Below are positions 17,419 to 27,030 of a DNA stretch of 64,000 nt, one piece after another. Made by a program: the position numbers and the translations under genes. Where the stretch lies: the NCBI GenBank assembly GCA_963718665.1, contig OY970359.1, positions 2,464,001-2,528,000 of the forward strand, read 5' to 3'. The DNA comes from an uncultured Phycisphaerales bacterium. Its GTDB lineage: Bacteria; Planctomycetota; Phycisphaerae; Sedimentisphaerales; Anaerobacaceae. Position 1 is the stretch's first letter; the number at the start of each line of letters is the position of its first letter. The notes under the pieces are model-generated. The model searched no databases. It saw only the letters and a program-made list of their open reading frames with translations, and was not told the origin of the DNA.

Positions 17419-18390
17419 TTACTTTTTCAGGATTTCGTGGACCTTGTCCATAAACGGCACAACGTTGTCCTTTTTAATAATGATCGTCGGCACAATAATC
17501 ATCCCGTCCGCCGGTATCTTCGCGTCATTGCCTTTTACTATATCAGCCAGCACCTTCATCGAGCGGTATCCGAACTCGAATGGCTGCTGGACCACCGTCC
17601 CGTATATGTGCCCGTCGCGCACGCCCGTCAGCGTCTCCTCGTTCTCATCGAAGCATACGATTTTCACCTTCTCTAATTTCCCCGCGTCCGTGATTGCGTT
17701 GAGAATGGCAGGCCCGTTGTAATTCCAAAGTCCTACGCAGCACGCCAAATCCGGGTATGTCACCAAAGCGTCCGCTACATTTGCCTTTGCACGAACCTGG
17801 TCCACATCGTCCGTCTTCACGTCGATGATTTCTATTTTCGTCCCCCCGATTGCCTCTATGATGCCCTGTATTCTTTCCTTTGCGTTCTGCGTGTCCTGTT
17901 TACCCACAAACAGCATTATCTTCCCCCCGTTCGGCAGGACCTCTTTTATCATCTCGCCCGCCTGCCTGCCCGCCGCCACGTTGTCCGTCCCGATGTAGCA
18001 TTTACGCTTGCTCCCCGGTATGTCACTGTCGCAGGTAATAACTGCTATCTTCCCCGCAAGCTCATCGATAAACGGCTTCTGATTCAGCGGGTCAACGGGC
18101 GATATCGCTATCCCCTTCACGCCCCTGGCCATCAAATCATCGATAATCCTTCGCTGTTCCGCAGGCGTCGCGTCCGATGTAATCCTGAAATCAACCTCAA
18201 CGTCGGGCGATTCGCTCGCCGCCTTCTCGCATCCTCTCTTCGCGAATACCCAGAAATTCGCCGTGTTGTTCGTTATGAAAGCTAATTTTGTTTTCCCCGC
18301 TTTGCCGCCTTCCTTTTTGGAACACCCATCCGTAAATACCCCCAACACAATCGCACATACCATTAAACTGATGAAAACTGTTTTCTTCAT
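17419..18390 (-). CDS. Sugar ABC substrate-binding lipoprotein
   Basis: Signal peptide ending in Cys (DGC); YIGTDNVAAG, VVQQPFEFGY; RbsB-like. Confidence 0.93.
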   Translation of the reverse strand: MKKTVFISLMVCAIVLGVFTDGCSKKEGGKAGKTKLAFITNNTANFWVFAKRGCEKAASESPDVEVDFRITSDATPAEQRRIIDDLMARGVKGIAISPVDPLNQKPFIDELAGKIAVITCDSDIPGSKRKCYIGTDNVAAGRQAGEMIKEVLPNGGKIMLFVGKQDTQNAKERIQGIIEAIGGTKIEIIDVKTDDVDQVRAKANVADALVTYPDLACCVGLWNYNGPAILNAITDAGKLEKVKIVCFDENEETLTGVRDGHIYGTVVQQPFEFGYRSMKVLADIVKGNDAKIPADGMIIVPTIIIKKDNVVPFMDKVHEILKK

Positions 18391-18547
18391 TTTTGAATCC
18401 TTTCATATAGGGTTTTTCATAAGTAATAACGCCTGGTGAAGGACTATTATATGTGTTTGCCCGCTTTCATCAACACCCCTTATAATCTTCTTGTGGCCAA
18501 ATTCGCCTCTAACGTTTAAAATGCCCGATTGTTTGAAAGGGGCCAAA

Positions 18548-20074
18548 ATGAAAAGAACAATCAATATCGTTTGCGTGTCAGTCATCATTGCGTTGTTCGC
18601 CGGCTGCGCAAAACAAACCTGCCAAAATAAACCCGCCGATGCCAAATCAAAGCAGACGTTTACCGCCGATTGGGAATCCCTCAAACAACGCAACCCCGCC
18701 CCCGAGTGGTTCCGCGATGCGAAATTCGGAATATATTTCCACTGGGGTGTTTACTCTGTCCCCGCCTTCGGCAACGAATGGTATCCCCGCAATATGTATG
18801 ATATAAACTCGCCGGAATACAGGCATCACGTCAAGACCTGGGGCGAGCCGAATAAATTCGGCTATCCCGATTTTGTCCCGATGTTCAAAGCCGAGAAATT
18901 CAACGCCGACGAGTGGGCAGACCTCTTCAAAAAAGCAGGCGCACAGTTCGCCGGCCCCGTCGCCGAACACCACGATGGCTTCTCGATGTGGGCGAGCAAA
19001 CGCACCCCCTGGAACGCCAAAGATATGGGCCCTCACCGCGACATCGTAGGCGAGCTTGAAAAAGCAATCCGTAAACGGGGTATGCGATTCGTCACCACCT
19101 TTCACCACGAGCGCAATGGCCTCTACGAAATCACAAAAAATGGCAAAACTTACTGGACAGGCCACTACGAATTCGTCAGACGCTATTTTCCCGACCTCCT
19201 CAACGACCCCTGTCGCGCGATTATGTATGGCTATATGCCCGCCGACAAATTCTACCAGATGTGGCAGGATAAGCTCATCGAGGTCATCGACCATTATCAT
19301 CCCGACCTGATGTATTTCGATGCCTGGCTCGACGAAATCCCCGACAAATATAAGATGGCCTATCTTGCCCATTATTTCAACGATGCCGCTCGATTGAATA
19401 AGGAAGTCGTCGTAACCTGCAAAAATGACCAGCTGCCTCGTGAAGTCGGCATGGAGGATTACGAAAAGGGCAGGGCGGACAAACTCACTGATTTCGTCTG
19501 GCTCACCGACGATACAATCAGCCGCGGTTCCTGGTGCTATACGGAAAACCTTAGCATAAAGAGGTCCCTCGAAATCGTGCGTACCCTTGCGGATATCGTC
19601 AGCAAGAATGGCCAGCTGATGCTCAATATCTCCCCCAAAGCCGATGGAACCATACCGGATAACCAGAAAAAAGTGCTTCTCGAAATTGGCGACTGGCTTA
19701 AAACAAATGGCGAGGCCATTTACGGTACAAGACCGTTTGTCGAATACGGCGAAGGCCCCGCGAAAATGGAATCAGGCGGTGGTTTCGCCAAAATGAAGGG
19801 GGGCTATTCCGCCAAAGATATCCGCTACACCCGCAAAGGCGATACCGTTTACGCCATCGTCCTCGGCTGGCCGGGCGAAAACCAGCAGGTCACAATGACC
19901 CTCTTCGCCAAAGGCGGCAAAGCGGAAAATATAAAGGTCAAGGATGTCACTATGCCGGGCGTCTGGGGCAAAATCAAATGGCAAAGGACCGACGCCGGCC
20001 TCGTCGTTACCACCCCCGCCAAAAAACCCAGCGACCTCGCCATTGTCTTTAAATTAACGACCGATGGAAAATAA
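18548..20074 (+). CDS. GH29 alpha-L-fucosidase lipoprotein
   Basis: Lipobox LFAGC; WFRDAKFGIYFHWG, EHHDGF, YFD nucleophile, DIVSKNG, NGEAIYGTRP. Start set to ATG 18548 after the RBS. Confidence 0.93.
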   Translation: MKRTINIVCVSVIIALFAGCAKQTCQNKPADAKSKQTFTADWESLKQRNPAPEWFRDAKFGIYFHWGVYSVPAFGNEWYPRNMYDINSPEYRHHVKTWGEPNKFGYPDFVPMFKAEKFNADEWADLFKKAGAQFAGPVAEHHDGFSMWASKRTPWNAKDMGPHRDIVGELEKAIRKRGMRFVTTFHHERNGLYEITKNGKTYWTGHYEFVRRYFPDLLNDPCRAIMYGYMPADKFYQMWQDKLIEVIDHYHPDLMYFDAWLDEIPDKYKMAYLAHYFNDAARLNKEVVVTCKNDQLPREVGMEDYEKGRADKLTDFVWLTDDTISRGSWCYTENLSIKRSLEIVRTLADIVSKNGQLMLNISPKADGTIPDNQKKVLLEIGDWLKTNGEAIYGTRPFVEYGEGPAKMESGGGFAKMKGGYSAKDIRYTRKGDTVYAIVLGWPGENQQVTMTLFAKGGKAENIKVKDVTMPGVWGKIKWQRTDAGLVVTTPAKKPSDLAIVFKLTTDGK

Positions 20075-20099
20075 AATTGCAGTAATTTCTTTATAATGT

Positions 20100-20218
20100 T
20101 TAGCCCGGCAACTTTATTGCCGGGTCATGTATTATGGTTAGCCCCGAAGCCTGCTTCGGGGTCATCCAAATAATATTTAGCCCCGCCATCTTCGCCTTTG
20201 GCGAGTGGCGGGGTTACT
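20100..20218. repeat. Array of three REP-like hairpins
   Basis: Units start at 20100, 20138 and 20177. Each is TTAGCCC...GGGT(C/T)A with a different internal palindrome. Confidence 0.75.
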
Positions 20219-20239
20219 AAATACTATCGACTATCAACT
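20214..20239 (+). repeat. 26-bp direct repeat, left copy
   Basis: ttactaaatactatcgactatcaact, identical to 21969-21994. Confidence 0.95.
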
Positions 20240-20354
20240 CGCGCAGTGTGGTTTCTTCTTGAACACTCCCCATTTCTCGTTACAATGCATCCCAGAAAAA
20301 AAGATGAACTTTGGCAGAGTGAAAAATAGTGTTTTATCTCTTTAGGTTTTTTCT

Positions 20355-21833
20355 ATGAATAAAATCAAATTAGAAATTGCTGAATGGGAATATGACCTTG
20401 ATAGACAATTAGGACCGGAAGGTGGATTTGGAGCTGTTTTTTGGGGGAGAGGGGAAAAACATAGCCCTGTTGCTATCAAGAAACTGAAAATCAACGCTCA
20501 ACAAGCTGCTCATAGAGAATTGAGAATTGCTAAAGAATTGGCTAACCGCAGTTTATCTAATGTGATTCCAATATACGACTCTGGACAAGATGCAAATTCA
20601 AATTCATATTTTATTGTGATGGCTTTGGCAGAAAAGAGTTTGCAGGACGAAATCAAGGTCGCTCAGGTCTGCGAAGGTGCACGAGCCGTCACTATTTTAC
20701 TTGATATCGCGAATGGACTTTCTGAGATATCAGATATATTTGTTCACCGCGACCTTAAGCCAGGTAATGTGCTTTATCATGAAGGAAAATGGAAGGTTGC
20801 AGATTTTGGAATAGCAAGATTTGTAGAAGATTCCACCTCTTTACATACACTTCAGGGTTGTTTAACTCCGCCATATGCAGCCCCTGAACAATGGAGATCT
20901 GAGCATACAACGACAGCGACAGATATTTATGCTCTTGGTTGCATTGGTTACTTTCTTTTAACAGGTAATCCTCCCTTTCAGGGGCACAGTGAAGCAGAGT
21001 TCAGACAGCAACATCTTTCGGGAACACCACCACATTTGGAAGGTAATTGCCCTCAGTTGACTTCCCTACTTGCGATGATGCTCAGAAAAGCACAAGAGGC
21101 GAGGCCAAATTTGAAACGAGTTATAGACAACCTGATGGAGATTGCCAAAAATCCTGATAGCGGCAAATTAGATAAGGGATTCGGTTCATTGGCTTCAGTG
21201 GGAGCAGAAATGGCCACCCAACAGGCGAAAAAGGAAGCTGAGCAACAAGCAATAAAAGCTGAACAGGAACGGCGGAAAGCCATTGCTGCAGAAGCAGAAA
21301 AGATATTTATAGGAATGAGAAAGGAATTATTTGAGAAGATATGTCGAGTAGCTTCGGTAGCAACTTATACTCGTGACGAAATTACTTTGGGTAATGCGAG
21401 CATGTATATTAAACTCCTTTATAGTAACCAAGAACTTGCAAATGTAAAAGCATTTCGACGATCGAATTGGGATGTTCTGAGTGCGGCAATAATAAGGGTA
21501 ATACAAAAAGAACCACAATATCAATGGAGTGCATCGCTGTGGTACTCGAAATTGCCAGGTGAACTTGAGTATCGATGGCGAGAAGTGTCATATTATGTGG
21601 ATCCTTTACGGGCAAAGCTACATTTACATTATATGTATCAACCATTTGGTCTCGAAGACTTAAATGAAGCTGATTTAGCAACTTCTCCCACTTATGGGTC
21701 CATTTACCGGATTGCCTTCGGCCCTGAAATTATTGATGATGAATGTTTCGATGTTTTTTGCTCTCGATGGGTAGAACTATTTGCAACGGCTGTAAAAGGA
21801 CAGCTTAGAAAACCTCGATTACCTTTGAAATGA
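20355..21833 (+). CDS. Hanks-type Ser/Thr protein kinase, cytoplasmic, with coiled coil and unrecognised C-terminal domain
   Basis: GGFGAVF, VAIKK, HRDLKPGN, DFG, YAAPE, DIYALG; no TM segment; AT-rich. Confidence 0.93.
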   Translation: MNKIKLEIAEWEYDLDRQLGPEGGFGAVFWGRGEKHSPVAIKKLKINAQQAAHRELRIAKELANRSLSNVIPIYDSGQDANSNSYFIVMALAEKSLQDEIKVAQVCEGARAVTILLDIANGLSEISDIFVHRDLKPGNVLYHEGKWKVADFGIARFVEDSTSLHTLQGCLTPPYAAPEQWRSEHTTTATDIYALGCIGYFLLTGNPPFQGHSEAEFRQQHLSGTPPHLEGNCPQLTSLLAMMLRKAQEARPNLKRVIDNLMEIAKNPDSGKLDKGFGSLASVGAEMATQQAKKEAEQQAIKAEQERRKAIAAEAEKIFIGMRKELFEKICRVASVATYTRDEITLGNASMYIKLLYSNQELANVKAFRRSNWDVLSAAIIRVIQKEPQYQWSASLWYSKLPGELEYRWREVSYYVDPLRAKLHLHYMYQPFGLEDLNEADLATSPTYGSIYRIAFGPEIIDDECFDVFCSRWVELFATAVKGQLRKPRLPLK

Positions 21834-21968
21834 ATGAGGTATCTTCTTGCAAAATTAGTAAAAGTGTAAAATTACCCAAAGCTGCCCGACAGAGAAGTAA
21901 AAACCCCTCGACAAGCTCAGGGCAGGCAATCTGCGATTTATCCGCCGAATTTCCGGCGGCATCCTAAA

Positions 21969-22025
21969 TTACTAAATACTATCGACTATCAACTAACGAC
22001 TAAATACTAACGACTAACGACGAAT
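21969..22025 (+). repeat. 26-bp direct repeat, right copy, extended by ACTAACG-type heptamers
   Basis: ttactaaatactatcgactatcaact followed by aacgactaaatactaacgactaacgacgaat. Confidence 0.9.
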
Positions 22026-22380
22026 AATTAAAACCCCCCGTTTGTAAAACCCCCGGCCTAAGGCGTCGGGGCAATCTGTTAATATAGGCAATTTGGCCAA
22101 ATGTTTGTGCGCGAGGGTCTAAAAAAATCCGGGAATTTTTGAAATTTTTTCTATTCCTTTTCTCACAAGAACTTACCGACTTTGGGCAGAAAAATAATGT
22201 TTCGTAACTCCTTAAAAACCCCGTAATTTCACCCTATATATAGAGGCACATAGTTCCTCTGTAGTAGCGCAGAAGCGCAAGGAAGTTGGGTCCCCGCCAA
22301 AGGCATGCGAGGATCTCCGCTTCGCTCCGACAAGCATTTCGCCCCAGGAGGGCAAGGCATCAGGAACAGAAGTTCCAGGA

Positions 22381-22480
22381 AGATTTCCGATTTTCGATTG
22401 CCGATTGGCGATTTAACTTTGGATTTCGGATTGTAGTTAAAACAAAAAAACTCTGTGAACTCTGTGGCCTCTGTGGCTAA
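22381..22480. repeat. CGATTGC-type heptamer run followed by CTCTGTGxx nonamer run
   Basis: agatttc cgatttt cgattgc cgattgg cgattta...; ctctgtgaa ctctgtggc ctctgtggc. Confidence 0.8.
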
Positions 22481-22512
22481 AAAATTTGCTCTGTGGCAAG
22501 AAAGGAAGAGGA

Positions 22513-23103
22513 ATGAGTATGTCTGCGAAACTAACAATAACAATACCCGTCTGTCTCGACCTTATTTTCACCTGTCCACTGCTGCTTTATCGGCTTTTGC
22601 GATATGGTTATCACTTTCGCCGAATTTACTTAGGCGAAGGCAAATGGACTCTCCTCGACGTTAAGGATTATTATCGTCTCAGAATTTTCAAATGGATTCT
22701 CTATGGCAACGGCACCAACTTATATGCCATCCGGCATCAGTTAATCGAACCAAATAAGACAAAGACCGTGTATATGCACAGGGAAATAATGAATCCGCCT
22801 GCCGACCTTGTCGTTGACCACAGGAATTGTGATGGCCTCGACAATCGCAGGTCAAATCTCCGCTTTGCTACTCACGCTCAAAACACCCGCAACAGGCGAA
22901 AGAAAAAGAACGGCTCTTCCCGGTTTCTCGGCGTCTATTTTAATAAAGAAAAATCCACCTGGGACAGTCAGCTTAGACATAACGAGAAAAGAATATGGGT
23001 TGGCAGATTCAAAACCGAAATCGACGCCGCAAAGGCGTATGATAAAGCTGCTCTCAAATACCATAAGGAATTTGCTCGACTTAACTTTCCGAAGGAAAGT
23101 TGA
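22513..23103 (+). CDS. HNH endonuclease with C-terminal AP2 DNA-binding domain
   Basis: YMHREIM, VDHRNCDGLDNRRSNLR (HNH_3), SSRFLGVY, GRFKTEIDAAKAYD, EFARLNF (AP2). Confidence 0.92.
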   Translation: MSMSAKLTITIPVCLDLIFTCPLLLYRLLRYGYHFRRIYLGEGKWTLLDVKDYYRLRIFKWILYGNGTNLYAIRHQLIEPNKTKTVYMHREIMNPPADLVVDHRNCDGLDNRRSNLRFATHAQNTRNRRKKKNGSSRFLGVYFNKEKSTWDSQLRHNEKRIWVGRFKTEIDAAKAYDKAALKYHKEFARLNFPKES

Positions 23104-23138
23104 CTGAACGCTACACGCTGAACGCTGTTCGCTGTATA

Positions 23139-23177
23139 TACCACGGCGAATTCGCCCGCCTTAACTTTTCGGAGTGA
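23139..23177 (+). pseudogene. Remnant 3' end of a second HNH-AP2 gene
   Basis: Encodes YHGEFARLNFSE*, versus YHKEFARLNFPKES* in the intact gene 80 bp upstream. Confidence 0.75.
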
Positions 23178-23249
23178 AACGGAGACCTCGGCGTAGTCCT
23201 TCGACGAAGCCGGGCTGGCAAATTATGGAATTTACACGAAATCTGAATC

Positions 23250-23278
23250 TTGACAGTTGTAGGGGCGGGTCGTATAGT
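23250..23278 (+). promoter_or_regulatory. Near-consensus sigma70 promoter of the oxidoreductase cluster
   Basis: TTGACA-17-TATAGT. Confidence 0.75.
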
Positions 23279-23347
23279 AAACCCTCCATACAAACGATAG
23301 TGATTCCGCTGACTGGCGGCTAAAGGTCGTAATTGAAAGGAGTTATT

Positions 23348-24520
23348 ATGAAGCTCGGCCGGAAGTTGAGGATGGGAATGATTGGGGGAGGCCCCGGGGC
23401 ATTTATCGGGGATGTGCATCGCAAGGCATCACGTTTGGACGGCGAAATCAAGCTTGTCGCAGGCGCATTCGATATCAATCCTGAAAAATCCGAGCAAATG
23501 GGCAGAGAGCTTGCGCTCGACCAGGCGAGGGTTTATGGCACTTATACCGAAATGCTCAAATCGGAGTTGAAGCTGCCTGAAAGCGAGCGGATTGATTTCG
23601 TTTCGATAACGACGCCGAATAACTGGCATTTTCCCATCGCGAGGGATTTCCTCAAGGCGGGATTCCACGTTATGTGCGAAAAGCCGATGACGATTACGAG
23701 CAAGGAAGCAAAGCAGCTTCAGGCGCTTGTGAAAAGCACAGGCAAGGTTTTTGGCCTGATGCACAATTACACCGGCTACCCGATGGTGAAATTGGCCAGG
23801 GATATGGTCAGGAAGGGCGATATGGGCGCGATTCGCAAGGTTGTTGTGCAGTATCCGCAGGGGTGGCTCGCGACGGCTTTGGAAAAAACAGGCAGTATGC
23901 AGGCGGGCTGGCGAACTGACCCCAAGCAAAGCGGCGCGGGCGGCTGCGTCGGCGATATCGGAACTCACGCTGCGAATTTAGCTGAATACATCACAGGAAA
24001 TAAAATCACGCATATCTGCGCGGAGCTGACGGCATTCGTCAAGGGACGTCTGCTTGATGACGATTGCAACTGTCTGCTCAAGTTCGATAACGGGGCCAAA
24101 GGTATTCTGCACGCAAGCCAGATTTCGATTGGCGAGGAAAATAACCTTGCCATCTGGGTTCACGGCGAAAAGGGCAGTTTGGAATGGCATCAGGAAAATC
24201 CTAACTACTTATATACAAGGGCGATGAACGCGCCTGAGCAGGTCTGGAAACGCGGCAATGGCTACATAGGCGAATACAGCGCAGCGGCTGGACGCGGAAC
24301 AAGATTACCCTTTGGACATCCTGAGGCGTTTTTCGAGGCATTTGCGAACAATTACCGCAATTTCGCGGAAACGGTCAAGTGTGCGATTGCGGGCGACAAG
24401 CCCGGTGAGCTTGAGAAGGATTTCCCGGGCGTCAACGAGGGTGTTCGCGGCATATTGTTTATCGAAACGGTTGTCGCAAGCGCAAAGAGCGCGAAAAAGT
24501 GGACGCCGATGAAAAAATAA
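23348..24520 (+). CDS. Gfo/Idh/MocA oxidoreductase (cytoplasmic)
   Basis: GMIGGGPGAFIG, TPNNWH, CEKP, GDIGTH, GHPEAF. Confidence 0.93.
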   Translation: MKLGRKLRMGMIGGGPGAFIGDVHRKASRLDGEIKLVAGAFDINPEKSEQMGRELALDQARVYGTYTEMLKSELKLPESERIDFVSITTPNNWHFPIARDFLKAGFHVMCEKPMTITSKEAKQLQALVKSTGKVFGLMHNYTGYPMVKLARDMVRKGDMGAIRKVVVQYPQGWLATALEKTGSMQAGWRTDPKQSGAGGCVGDIGTHAANLAEYITGNKITHICAELTAFVKGRLLDDDCNCLLKFDNGAKGILHASQISIGEENNLAIWVHGEKGSLEWHQENPNYLYTRAMNAPEQVWKRGNGYIGEYSAAAGRGTRLPFGHPEAFFEAFANNYRNFAETVKCAIAGDKPGELEKDFPGVNEGVRGILFIETVVASAKSAKKWTPMKK

Positions 24521-24636
24521 ACACTTTTTACCGCGGAGCACGCGGATACCGCAGAGAAAAAATAAATAAATGAATCTCGGCGTTCTTTGCGGTCTCGGCG
24601 GTGGATATGTAAACATAAAATTAAGGAGAAGGAAAA

Positions 24637-25635
24637 ATGGCAAGACCGGTAACATTATTCACGGGACAATGGGCGGACCTTCCTCTTGAGGTTTTGGCGG
24701 AGAAGGCGGCGAGCTGGGGATATGACGGGCTGGAGCTGGCCTGCTGGGGCGACCACTTCGACGTTGACAAGGCGCTTGAAGACGATAAATATTGCGAATC
24801 GAAGCGCAAATTGCTGAAAAAGCACGGGCTTGAGGTTTTTGCGATATCGACGCACTTGGTAGGCCAGGCGGTTTGCGATAATATCGACGGGCGTCACAAA
24901 TCGATACTGCCCCCGGACGTCTGGGGCGACGGCGACCCGGAGGGCGTTCGCCAGAGGGCCGCAAAGAAGCTGATGGATACCGCCAAGGCCGCCAAAAAAC
25001 TCGGCGTCAAAGTCGTCAACGGTTTTACCGGCAGCTCGATTTGGCACTATGTGTATTCCTTCCCCCCTGTTTCAGCGGATATGATAAAGGCGGGGTATAA
25101 GGATTTCGCGAAACGGTTTACGCCGATACTGAATGTTTTTAGGAGCCAGGGCGTGAAGTTTGCGCTGGAAGTTCACCCGACGGAGATAGCGTTTGATATC
25201 GCGTCGGCACAGAGGGCGCTGGAGGCGGTGAAGAACCACCCGGCATTCGGGTTTAATTATGACCCGAGCCATTTCGGGTATCAGGGGGTTGATTACGTGA
25301 AGTTCATCCGGACGTTTGGGAAGCGGATATTCCACACACATATGAAAGACGCGTGGTGGGGGCACGGGGATGGGACGGTCGGGGTGTTCGGGGGGCATAC
25401 GGAGTTTGCGGACCCGAGGCGATTCTGGGATTTCAGGTCGATTGGGCACGGCGATATCAATTTTGAAGAGATAATCGTCGCGCTGAACGACATCGGTTAT
25501 CAGGGGCCGCTTTCAGTTGAGTGGGAAGACAGCCGGATGGACCGCGAGCATGGGGCGAAAGAGGCGTGCGAATATATCAAGAGGGCGGACTTTAAGCCGT
25601 CGCAATTGGCATTCGACGCTCAGTTTGACAAATAA
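24637..25635 (+). CDS. Sugar phosphate isomerase/epimerase TIM-barrel (IolE/3-ketoglycoside lyase-like)
   Basis: [37 protein letters not shown]. Confidence 0.9.
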   Translation: MARPVTLFTGQWADLPLEVLAEKAASWGYDGLELACWGDHFDVDKALEDDKYCESKRKLLKKHGLEVFAISTHLVGQAVCDNIDGRHKSILPPDVWGDGDPEGVRQRAAKKLMDTAKAAKKLGVKVVNGFTGSSIWHYVYSFPPVSADMIKAGYKDFAKRFTPILNVFRSQGVKFALEVHPTEIAFDIASAQRALEAVKNHPAFGFNYDPSHFGYQGVDYVKFIRTFGKRIFHTHMKDAWWGHGDGTVGVFGGHTEFADPRRFWDFRSIGHGDINFEEIIVALNDIGYQGPLSVEWEDSRMDREHGAKEACEYIKRADFKPSQLAFDAQFDK

Positions 25636-25675
25636 ACCACGCTGAATAATTGGTTTAGTTAGGTTGTTGATTTAG

Positions 25676-27004
25676 ATGAATGTGAACCTGAATCGGCGCC
25701 GGTTTCTAAGGCAGACGGCCGGTGTCGCAATAGGCGGTATCGCACTTCCATATATAATCCCTGCGCGTACTTGGAGCTGACGGGGGTGTTGCGCCGAGCA
25801 ACCGTATTACGATGGCCGGTATCGGGGTGGGGATGCAGGGGCCGTGGAATGTCAAACAGTTTCTTCAGGAGGGCGACTGTAAGATTGCGGCAATCTGTGA
25901 TATCGACAAGAATAATCTGCGCGACGGCGTTGAGATGGTGAACAGCCATTACGGGAACAAGGATTGTGATGCTTACGCGGATTACCGGGAGGTTTTGGCG
26001 AGGGGCGATATTGATACGGTTGTGATAAGTGTGCCGGACCACTGGCACGCGATTACAGGGATAGCGGCGGCGAAGGCAGGTAAGGATATTTATTGCGAGA
26101 AGCCGTTGTCGCACGATTTGAAGCAGGGCAGGGCGATGTGCGAGGCGGTGAAGCGATATGGAACGGTGTGGCAGACGGGGAGCTGGCAGAGGTCGGAGGA
26201 AAGATTCCGGTATGTTTGTGAACTGGTGCGCAACGGCAGGATAGGCAAGATTAAGCATATTGAGGTTGCGCTTTATCCGGGGCACCGGGATTTCGCGGGG
26301 ACGAAAGGACAGGAAAAAATCGGACCAGCGCCTGCGGAGCTTGATTATGATACATGGCTTGGGCCGGCACCATACGCGCCATATTGTCCGGCAAGGGTAC
26401 ACAGGAACTGGAGATGGAACCTCGATTACGGCGGCGGACAATTGATGGACTGGGTGGGGCATCACGTTGATATAGCTCACTGGTCGATGGGACTTGATTA
26501 CACGGGACCTGTGGAGGTGGAGGGCAAGGGAGAATTTCCGGTTAAGGGCGTGTGGAATAGTCCAACGGATTACGATATAAATGTGAAATACGCCGACGGG
26601 CTGACAATGCTGGTAACCAGCAGGATAAAATACGACCTTGGAAAAGAGTGGACGGACGAAAGCGGAGTGAAATGGTACGGGGAAAAAGGGTGGATTTGCG
26701 TTACGCGCGGGGGAATGGACTCGGAGCCGAAGGACGTGGTGAGGGAGAAGATAGGGCCAAATGATATACGGCTGTATGAATCGCCGGGACACTGGCGGAA
26801 TTTTCTGGATTGCGTGAAAAGCAGGAAGACAACGATATCGCCGGCGGAGATAGCACATCGCTCGGCGACGGTGGGGCACTTAGGGCAGATAGCGATGCTT
26901 CTGGGCGCAAGATACGATTTAAGCCGGAGACGGAAGAAATTATCGATGACGCGACGGCCGCGAGGTTGCTTGGCACAGAGATGCGAAGCCCGTGGCATGT
27001 ATAA
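25676..27004 (+). pseudogene. Tat-exported Gfo/Idh/MocA oxidoreductase with two frameshifts
   Basis: MNVNLNRRRFLRQ...PYIIPA stops at 25778-25780. The body (CEKP, WQTGSWQRS) is in the 25812 frame. The true C-terminus, KIRFKPETEEI...MRSPWHV, is in another frame after ~26905. Confidence 0.8.
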
Positions 27005-27030
27005 ATATTTTTTGTAAAGGGGACATAACG

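Noticed and set aside
20100..20218. Mini-CRISPR or integron attC array
   Set aside because: The variable parts are themselves palindromic, the linkers are about 10 bp, and there are no RYYYAAC/GTTRRRY boxes, integrase or cas genes.
22513..23103. IscB/HEARO-type RNA-guided nuclease or prophage remnant
   Set aside because: No PLMP or RuvC motifs, it has an AP2 domain instead, and there are no phage genes nearby.
25778..25780. Selenocysteine or readthrough TGA
   Set aside because: Homology to the neighbouring paralog continues in a different frame, so this is a frameshift.
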